From a virus: a DNA stretch of 6,299 bases. Positions 1 through 4,273 of the stretch are shown piece after piece. The stretch is from the IMG/VR virus record IMGVR_UViG_3300045988_004901, positions 1 to 6,299 of that record. One strand, 5' to 3'. The translations under genes were made by a program, and so were the position numbers. Position 1 is the first letter of the stretch, and the number at the start of each line of letters is the position of its first letter. The notes under the pieces were generated by a model. That model did no database searches. It saw only the letters and a program-made list of their open reading frames with translations, and was not told where the DNA came from.

Positions 1-55
1 TATACCAAAATAATCACCAAGACCAGAAGGCTTTAAACATCCACCGTCTTTAAGA
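1..55. repeat. Terminal direct repeat, copy 1. Identical to 6245..6299 and marks a circular 6244-nt molecule.
   Basis: Read directly: tataccaaaataatcaccaagaccagaaggctttaaacatccaccgtctttaaga occurs at both window ends, 55/55 identical. It lies inside the VP1 coding sequence, so it is not a biological terminal repeat. Confidence 0.97.
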
Positions 56-387
56 TCAGAAGAACTAAAATTCATATAAGGGGGAACAAATTCTTCCGTA
101 TTATCACTACTAATAAAATCCATATAATCCTTCCACAGGGTACGCAAAGGAACTTTAAAAAATGACAAATAAGCTTTCATCTTCGTCTGAATCGGGAACA
201 TCATAGGCATAAAGCGAAGCCCGAACTCTGGTTTAATACGAATAGAGCTATTAGGTGGTACTAACTCTGTAAAAACGGGAGTAATACGACCCAAATCTGT
301 AGTAAAGTTATTGTCATGTGACCAGTCGAAACTGTTACGTTTGACATCATTTTTAATGTCACCAATTTTGTTAAATACGTTAGCCAT
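1..387 (-). CDS. VP1: Major capsid protein VP1 (phiX174 F-like), N-terminal 129 codons. The ORF continues across the circular junction into 6244..4274 for a total of 785 aa.
   Basis: ATG at 387..385. Hand translation of 387..1 has no stop: MANVFNKIGDIKNDVKRNSFDWSHDNNFTTDLGRITPVFTELVPPNSSIRIKPEFGLRFMPMMFPIQTKMKAYLSFFKVPLRTLWKDYMDFISSDNTEEFVPPYMNFSSSDLKDGGCLKPSGLGDYFGI. From memory, FDWSH...GRITP matches the phiX174 F N-terminus HDLSH...GRLIT, and FFKVPLRTLW matches FYVPHRHVY. It is in frame with the 652-aa ORF through the junction (12 nt + 387 nt). Confidence 0.93.
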   Translation of the reverse strand, partial: MANVFNKIGDIKNDVKRNSFDWSHDNNFTTDLGRITPVFTELVPPNSSIRIKPEFGLRFMPMMFPIQTKMKAYLSFFKVPLRTLWKDYMDFISSDNTEEFVPPYMNFSSSDLKDGGCLKPSGLGDYFGI

Positions 388-686
388 TACTTAAATGTTT
401 GAGGTTGGAAAATAGTTGTAGAATCCACAGAAGAAGAACTACTACTTTCACTACTTTGAGTGGAATTGTTGTTATTTTTCTGTACCGAGAGAGTAACCGT
501 ACAAGACGGCAGGAACCAAAGCATAAGCGAAAGACCAATAACAACAAGTGCATACACAATGTAATACACTACGAGGTTAAAAGTATTCTCGCCATCTATT
601 GCGCTCAACGGAGAGGGCAATATTTTCCGCAAGAGCGCCAAGATTTGTTTTTTTGTCACCATATTTCTTTTTAAATACTTCAACAC
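387..686 (-). CDS. Small predicted single-pass membrane protein. Overlaps the VP4 3' end in another frame, and its stop overlaps the VP1 start. Function unknown; candidate lysis or membrane effector.
   Basis: The track start at 686..684 is GTG. The first ATG is at 662..660, which would give 91 aa. Architecture: a basic N-terminus (KYLKRN..TKK..RK), a hydrophobic span FNLVVYYIVYALVVIGLSLMLWFL (about 510..581), then a Ser/Asn/Thr-rich tail (NNNNSTQSSESSSSSSVDSTT). Its stop TAA (389..387) shares a base with the VP1 ATG (387..385), reading TAATG. It fills the otherwise empty 190 nt between VP4 and VP1. Confidence 0.55.
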   Translation of the reverse strand: MLKYLKRNMVTKKQILALLRKILPSPLSAIDGENTFNLVVYYIVYALVVIGLSLMLWFLPSCTVTLSVQKNNNNSTQSSESSSSSSVDSTTIFQPQTFK

Positions 687-2124
687 GGGATTTTAAATAC
701 TGTTCTCGACGGCGAAAATACAAATCATCTATTTTAATCTCCAAAACTTTTCGAGACAAAATATCCAAACGCTCTGTTAAAGTATATATGTATTCATTAA
801 ATAGCTCTCGAGTTTTTATCCAATTACCGCAATTAATGTGAGGTACAGTAGGAGGAGTATATTCACACACATGAGCATAAGCCTCAGCCCATTCTTTACG
901 CTTAAAGGGGTCACAAAACTCATCCGTATAGTATCGTAACTCACCATCAACAAAGCAATCCATAGGATAAAGACGATAAAGCTGTTGAACGGCTTGCTCA
1001 AAAAGTGAAAAAGTGTAACAAAAATCACGAACTGTCTCATATTCTTTAGTTTTTAGACAAGAAGACGGGGAGGGTATTAATGTAGATTTCACCCATGAAT
1101 CTATAGGCATATAAAAAAGCTTACCTGAGCCTGTCACACGGTCAACGACAGGGAGTGCTTCAAGAGAGGGATTATTCAAAATTTCGTCCTTTCGAGCTCG
1201 GATATAGGCAGAACCAATACCACCTCCACGGTTAGATGCAGTACGAAAAGGCGGTTCGCAGGAGGAATGAGGAGCGTTAGAGCCTTTTACCATGTACTTA
1301 GTAATATAAGCGGGAGCCCCCGCATTAGAGGGAAGCACTTTTATCGATCCGATCGGATACCGACGATAAATGAAAGCTCCTGACGGATAACGTAAGCGCG
1401 TACCAGTACATAAATGCGCAACAAGCGAACAGGAGTTACGCTCTTTATATTGATTGAGCGGACAGGTCCGACATTTACTATAATAAGGTATACGTTTACC
1501 GTTTTCGTCAACCTGGAAGTAAGACCAAGCCTTTTGTATAAATGATTGGACCTTAAGTATATCCTTAAAATGCGTAACAGGGAAACCCCACAAAAGTAAA
1601 TGATAATGAGGTCTTTTGGTTTTAGAGCCATACTCGCCACACGCGAGATAGCGCAGCGAATGAGGTATAGATTGATTGTCAAGAAGAGAGCGTAAACGCT
1701 TGAAAAACAATTGCAAATCGGACTTTCGAAGTGTTTCATAACCATGTTCATTTATAGGGAGATGTTCGGGATTATATGTAAGTGTAATAAAAAGAGGTGC
1801 AGAGCCAGTAGTTTCCGTCTCCATAATAGCGCGAGTAGCCAGGGCATTAGCTTTACGTTTACAACAAATAATGCAAGAGCCACAAGGGACAGCGATATAA
1901 AGGGGAATCATATCACCAGTTTCAAAATTTAGAAGGTAACAATGCTCTATATCTGAAAGTTTAATAGACCACTTTTTCGGGGAATACTGCCAAGGTTCGA
2001 GAACAAAGGTTTCCATAATCCAACACTGACAACACTCGCGGATATATATACGGTCAAAATCCAAGGCTCTTTTACGAGCCTCGGGATTGATAAGAATAAC
2101 GGGATGTAAACATTTTATATCCAT
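577..2124 (-). CDS. VP4: Rolling-circle replication initiation protein (Microviridae VP4, phiX174 A-like, HUH endonuclease superfamily).
   Basis: RCR motif 1 is FITLTY (aa 112-117). The HUH motif is RPHYHLLLWG, with H-Y-H encoded at 1608..1600. The catalytic Tyr motif is YITKYMVK, with Tyr codons at 1308..1306 and 1296..1294. The N-terminus KCLHPVILINP and the Cys cluster PCGSCIICCKRK are typical of non-phiX microvirus VP4, from memory. ATG at 2124..2122. Confidence 0.95.
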   Translation of the reverse strand: MDIKCLHPVILINPEARKRALDFDRIYIRECCQCWIMETFVLEPWQYSPKKWSIKLSDIEHCYLLNFETGDMIPLYIAVPCGSCIICCKRKANALATRAIMETETTGSAPLFITLTYNPEHLPINEHGYETLRKSDLQLFFKRLRSLLDNQSIPHSLRYLACGEYGSKTKRPHYHLLLWGFPVTHFKDILKVQSFIQKAWSYFQVDENGKRIPYYSKCRTCPLNQYKERNSCSLVAHLCTGTRLRYPSGAFIYRRYPIGSIKVLPSNAGAPAYITKYMVKGSNAPHSSCEPPFRTASNRGGGIGSAYIRARKDEILNNPSLEALPVVDRVTGSGKLFYMPIDSWVKSTLIPSPSSCLKTKEYETVRDFCYTFSLFEQAVQQLYRLYPMDCFVDGELRYYTDEFCDPFKRKEWAEAYAHVCEYTPPTVPHINCGNWIKTRELFNEYIYTLTERLDILSRKVLEIKIDDLYFRRREQYLKSRVEVFKKKYGDKKTNLGALAENIALSVERNRWREYF

Positions 2125-2127
2125 AAA

Positions 2128-2364
2128 TCAAAACTCCTCTTCCTGGACCAAAGATGTTTCAATATCATAACCAATAATTTTAGCACCAAGAGCAGGAACT
2201 ATAGAATCACGAAGATATTTAAGCTCAGAAGCAGCAAGGTCATAAGACTGATAAGGACGAGTATAAATATAACAATCTTTCCAAACAGAACGACCAGCCT
2301 TAATACCAAAAAATTTAGAGACTTTAATAAAGCCAGTATAAACCTTATACATATCACCTTTCAT
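2128..2364 (-). CDS. Hypothetical 78-aa protein immediately upstream of VP4.
   Basis: ATG at 2364..2362 and TGA at 2130..2128, only 3 nt before the VP4 ATG, which suggests coupled translation. It is co-oriented and non-overlapping and fills the space between the non-coding region and VP4. No motif recognised. The C-terminus is acidic (VQEEEF). Confidence 0.55.
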   Translation of the reverse strand: MKGDMYKVYTGFIKVSKFFGIKAGRSVWKDCYIYTRPYQSYDLAASELKYLRDSIVPALGAKIIGYDIETSLVQEEEF

Positions 2365-2432
2365 AATAAAATCGTTTATTGTTTAACATGATACAAAGAA
2401 AAATCATACCAGGGATAAAAGCAAGAACCGAC

Positions 2433-2452
2433 TATATGTTATAAAACATATA
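2433..2452. repeat. Perfect 8-bp inverted repeat with a 4-nt loop (hairpin).
   Basis: tatatgtt (2433..2440), loop ataa, then aacatata (2445..2452), the exact reverse complement. Confidence 0.85.
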
Positions 2453-2464
2453 ACGGTATATTCT

Positions 2465-2493
2465 TTCATAGAATGCTAAGGTAACATTTGCAA
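2465..2493 (-). promoter_or_regulatory. Weak sigma70-like promoter candidate reading toward the 78-aa ORF and VP4.
   Basis: On the minus strand: TTGCAA (2493..2488), a 17-nt spacer, then TATGAA (2470..2465), about 100 nt upstream of the ATG at 2364. The match to consensus is partial, and it would not apply if the host is a Bacteroidetes with a different promoter consensus. Confidence 0.2.
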
Positions 2494-2516
2494 CTTCACG
2501 TCAACATGTCAGTTGC
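2490..2516. repeat. 6-bp inverted repeat GCAACT/AGTTGC flanking a 15-nt loop.
   Basis: gcaact (2490..2495), tcacgtcaacatgtc, agttgc (2511..2516). The loop contains the palindrome acatgt (2504..2509). Confidence 0.6.
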
Positions 2517-2645
2517 GCTTATATTATCGAGAGGGGAAGAGCCCGCTCTAACCGCGGTGGGACAATTCTATTCTTTTTTATTTGTTTAGGGTGCGCGCGT
2601 CTATTGTTAGGAGTAAACGGATAAAGCGAGGCGAACCATTAGCAT

Positions 2646-2668
2646 TTACGGATACATCTATCCTGTAA
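2646..2668. repeat. Hairpin: ttac-ggata, loop catc, tatcc-(t)-gtaa.
   Basis: ggata (2650..2654) pairs with tatcc (2659..2663) across a 4-nt loop. The stem extends through ttac (2646..2649) and gtaa (2665..2668) with one bulged t at 2664. Confidence 0.6.
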
Positions 2669-2675
2669 CGCGCTT

Positions 2676-2704
2676 GGCTCGCTTCGCTCGATTCGCTAAC
2701 GCTC
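2676..2704. repeat. Dense cluster of short direct repeats based on TCGCT (iteron-like).
   Basis: The sequence ggctcgcttcgctcgattcgctaacgctc contains tcgct at 2679, 2684 and 2693, and cgctc at 2686 and 2700. ggctcgct recurs at 2731..2738. The reverse-complement form agcgag occurs at 2625..2630 and 2773..2778. tcgctaa (2693..2699) is the inverse of ttagcga (2771..2777). Confidence 0.6.
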
Positions 2705-2778
2705 ATTTGGTATATTTCGCCACGCCTAAAGGCTCGCTACATTAATGGATAAAGAGTGCGCCTACGGCGATTAGCGAG

Positions 2779-3930
2779 TTACTTTTTACCAGAACGTAAA
2801 AGTTTTTTCGCAATACCACCAGGACTTGGAAGCCAATCAGAGGCAACTTGCGAGATATGATACAATGACTGTGTAGCCTGATTAGCGACGGTAACGATAC
2901 GCTGGGCGTCGTCGTACTTTTGGTCCTGTTGGAGCTTAAAGACGGCAGCATCACGGTGTATATCTATACTATTAGTATAATGTTCAACTTGCGTCTTTTG
3001 GGCATCAGTAAGACGGATATTCGCTTGTTTCAAAGCGGTATCGGTGTCGATATTATTGACCTTAGCATACATGGTCACGAGGATACTCTTTGCTTCAACT
3101 TCGGAAAGATTAACTTTCGCATCAGTCTCACGTACACGACGCGCAAACTCTTCGCACTCCAACTCAAAACGCTTGGTATTAAGTATAGCAGCAGTACGAT
3201 TAGCAACGGTAGAGCTATCCAAATTCGCAGTACGAGACCAAGTCTCAGACACCTGAGCCTTAAGAAGATTGACATGTTCATTAATATCATTAATTTCAGA
3301 AATAAGCTTACTTTTCTGTTCAGAGGTGTACTCAGCTTGTGCCTTAGTTAACTGAACTTCCAAACCTGACAACTTTATAGCATTATCAGTAGTAGCAGCT
3401 TTAACAAAATTATCAATATTAAGAGAGGCAACCTCACCTTCTTTTTTCGAAGTGTCCGCCTTAATGTTCTTTGTTTCCGCGAGCGTTTTCGCATAGGCAG
3501 CACCTTGAAAAAGAGACTCCATAGCAGTAGGCGTGCCCATAATAGGGCCAGCAACATCAGCAGGCGGAACAGAAGAAGGCATAGCAGCAGGAGCGACGTT
3601 GGAATCAACAAGACCGGAAGCACCGTTACCGTAAATCAAATCAGGATTAAGACCGGCATCTTTTAGGCGCGCCATGACAGCAGAAGGGTCATTATAAGCG
3701 CGCTCATCAGCTAAATTTTCACGTTCAACGCGATTATACCATTCCGCCATCTCCTTTTGCCACTCACGAGCAAGACGATTCTCTTCTTTCTGAGCAGCAA
3801 TAGCGCGCTTTTGACGCTTATTAGCACCAATAGAGCCAAAAAGACCAGAAGCAGCACCGACACCAGCATTAAGAAGAGCACCACCACCAGTGCCAGAACC
3901 AAGTAATGCAGTTAATGCAGCAGCAGACAT
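2779..3930 (-). CDS. VP2: Minor capsid / DNA pilot protein (Microviridae VP2, functional analogue of phiX174 H).
   Basis: A Gly/Ala-rich hydrophobic N-terminus (MSAAALTALLGSGTGGGALLNAGVGAASGLFGSIGA) is followed by NKRQKRAIAAQKEENRLAREWQKEMAEWYN and DPSAVMARLKDAGLNPDLIYG, then a long charged helical region. From memory this is the usual VP2 layout. The position directly after the capsid module and the 383-aa size also fit. Confidence 0.82.
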   Translation of the reverse strand: MSAAALTALLGSGTGGGALLNAGVGAASGLFGSIGANKRQKRAIAAQKEENRLAREWQKEMAEWYNRVERENLADERAYNDPSAVMARLKDAGLNPDLIYGNGASGLVDSNVAPAAMPSSVPPADVAGPIMGTPTAMESLFQGAAYAKTLAETKNIKADTSKKEGEVASLNIDNFVKAATTDNAIKLSGLEVQLTKAQAEYTSEQKSKLISEINDINEHVNLLKAQVSETWSRTANLDSSTVANRTAAILNTKRFELECEEFARRVRETDAKVNLSEVEAKSILVTMYAKVNNIDTDTALKQANIRLTDAQKTQVEHYTNSIDIHRDAAVFKLQQDQKYDDAQRIVTVANQATQSLYHISQVASDWLPSPGGIAKKLLRSGKK

Positions 3931-3941
3931 AAGAATAAATT

Positions 3942-4247
3942 TTAAGTTAATAAATCTTTTTCACGACGCCGAGCTTGCATAATACGACGTTTAGCAGCTT
4001 GAGAAAGCTCCCAAAGGGAATTTCTATCAGCATCAACACGCAATTCAGGAGGGACTTCCAAACCAGAATCAACAGAAAAAAAGCTGGAAGCATTAGGAAC
4101 AGATACAGGTACACCCTGACGGGCTAAACGCTCGATATCAGAGGGGGTAATAGATAACCCAGAAACTACAACATCCTCACAAGAATCACGACGGCACGAA
4201 ACACGATGATAGGTTTCGGAGGGATTAATACGAGACAATACTTTCAT
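3942..4247 (-). CDS. Hypothetical 101-aa protein between VP1 and VP2; a possible internal scaffolding (VP3-like) protein.
   Basis: ATG at 4247..4245 and TAA at 3944..3942. It is co-oriented, non-overlapping and tightly packed (26 nt after VP1, 11 nt before VP2). The segment ITPSDIERLARQGVPV loosely resembles the DINNIM..YQKTGL segment I recall from gokushovirus VP3. The C-terminus is basic (AAKRRIMQARRREK). The functional assignment is weak. Confidence 0.55.
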   Translation of the reverse strand: MKVLSRINPSETYHRVSCRRDSCEDVVVSGLSITPSDIERLARQGVPVSVPNASSFFSVDSGLEVPPELRVDADRNSLWELSQAAKRRIMQARRREKDLLT

Positions 4248-4273
4248 AATGACTTAATTAATTTAACTTTAAA

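Larger units (their letters stand above)
2365..2778. other. The only large non-coding region (414 nt). Probably holds promoter, origin and other cis-acting elements.
   Basis: The track shows no ORF of 60 aa or more here in any frame. The 2365..2510 half is AT-rich. The 2510..2778 half is visibly GC/CpG-rich (gtgcgcgcgtc, ccgcgg, repeated cgct), unlike the rest of the genome. Confidence 0.8.

Noticed and set aside
816-1751. Minus-strand alternative-frame ORFs embedded in VP4 (816..1040, 74 aa; 1341..1751, 136 aa), both very hydrophobic.
   Set aside because: The coding strand is T-rich, so off-frame translation automatically yields Phe/Leu/Ile/Val-rich pseudo-membrane peptides. There is no independent start context or coupling signal, and both lie wholly inside a well-supported gene.
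2433-2617. dif/Xer-type recombination site. GGTGCGC at 2590..2596 matches the outer arm of E. coli dif, and ATATGTTATAA at 2434..2444 resembles the XerD arm TTATGTTAAAT.
   Set aside because: Extending either match to the full 28-bp dif layout (11-6-11) fails; only 7 contiguous bases or 8 of 11 match, and the partner arm is absent. The relevant host dif consensus is unknown to me, so this stays an untested idea rather than a call.
2510-2640. Possible tRNA or other small RNA gene in the GC-rich intergenic segment (ccgc-tctaacc-gcgg resembles a stem with a 7-nt loop).
   Set aside because: No 7-bp acceptor stem and no T-loop consensus (GTTCGAATC-like). The loop lacks the conserved U33 position and the stem is only 4 bp. 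No cloverleaf can be drawn.
2742-3290. Minus-strand ORFs 2742..2954 (70 aa) and 3075..3290 (71 aa) overlapping the VP2 3' half.
   Set aside because: They are off-frame within VP2. The first extends only 37 nt into non-coding sequence. Composition is artefact-like and there are no coupling signals.
399-3351. Other plus-strand ORFs (399..674, 599..841, 1711..1932, 2920..3351, 3044..3256).
   Set aside because: They are short, antisense to well-supported genes, and basic and low-complexity as expected from an A-rich strand. Several lie in the codon-aligned antisense frame, which is intrinsically stop-poor. Only the much longer VP1 antisense frame was statistically odd enough to report.
3375-3902. 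Embedded minus-strand ORFs in VP2 (3375..3623, 82 aa; 3711..3902, 63 aa). The latter has an N-terminal hydrophobic stretch plus a basic tail, reminiscent of phiX174 E.
   Set aside because: The 63-aa ORF lies in the +1 frame of the Gly/Ala-rich VP2 N-terminus, where GGN/GCN codons read off-frame as Leu/Val, so its hydrophobicity is a by-product. It cannot be fully excluded as a lysis gene, but the non-embedded 387..686 ORF is a better-supported candidate. Conservation analysis would settle it.
4254-4261. TTAATTAA palindrome in the VP1/101-aa ORF spacer.
   Set aside because: An 8-bp AT palindrome in a 26-nt AT-rich spacer is unremarkable, and no flanking structure or repeat supports a function.
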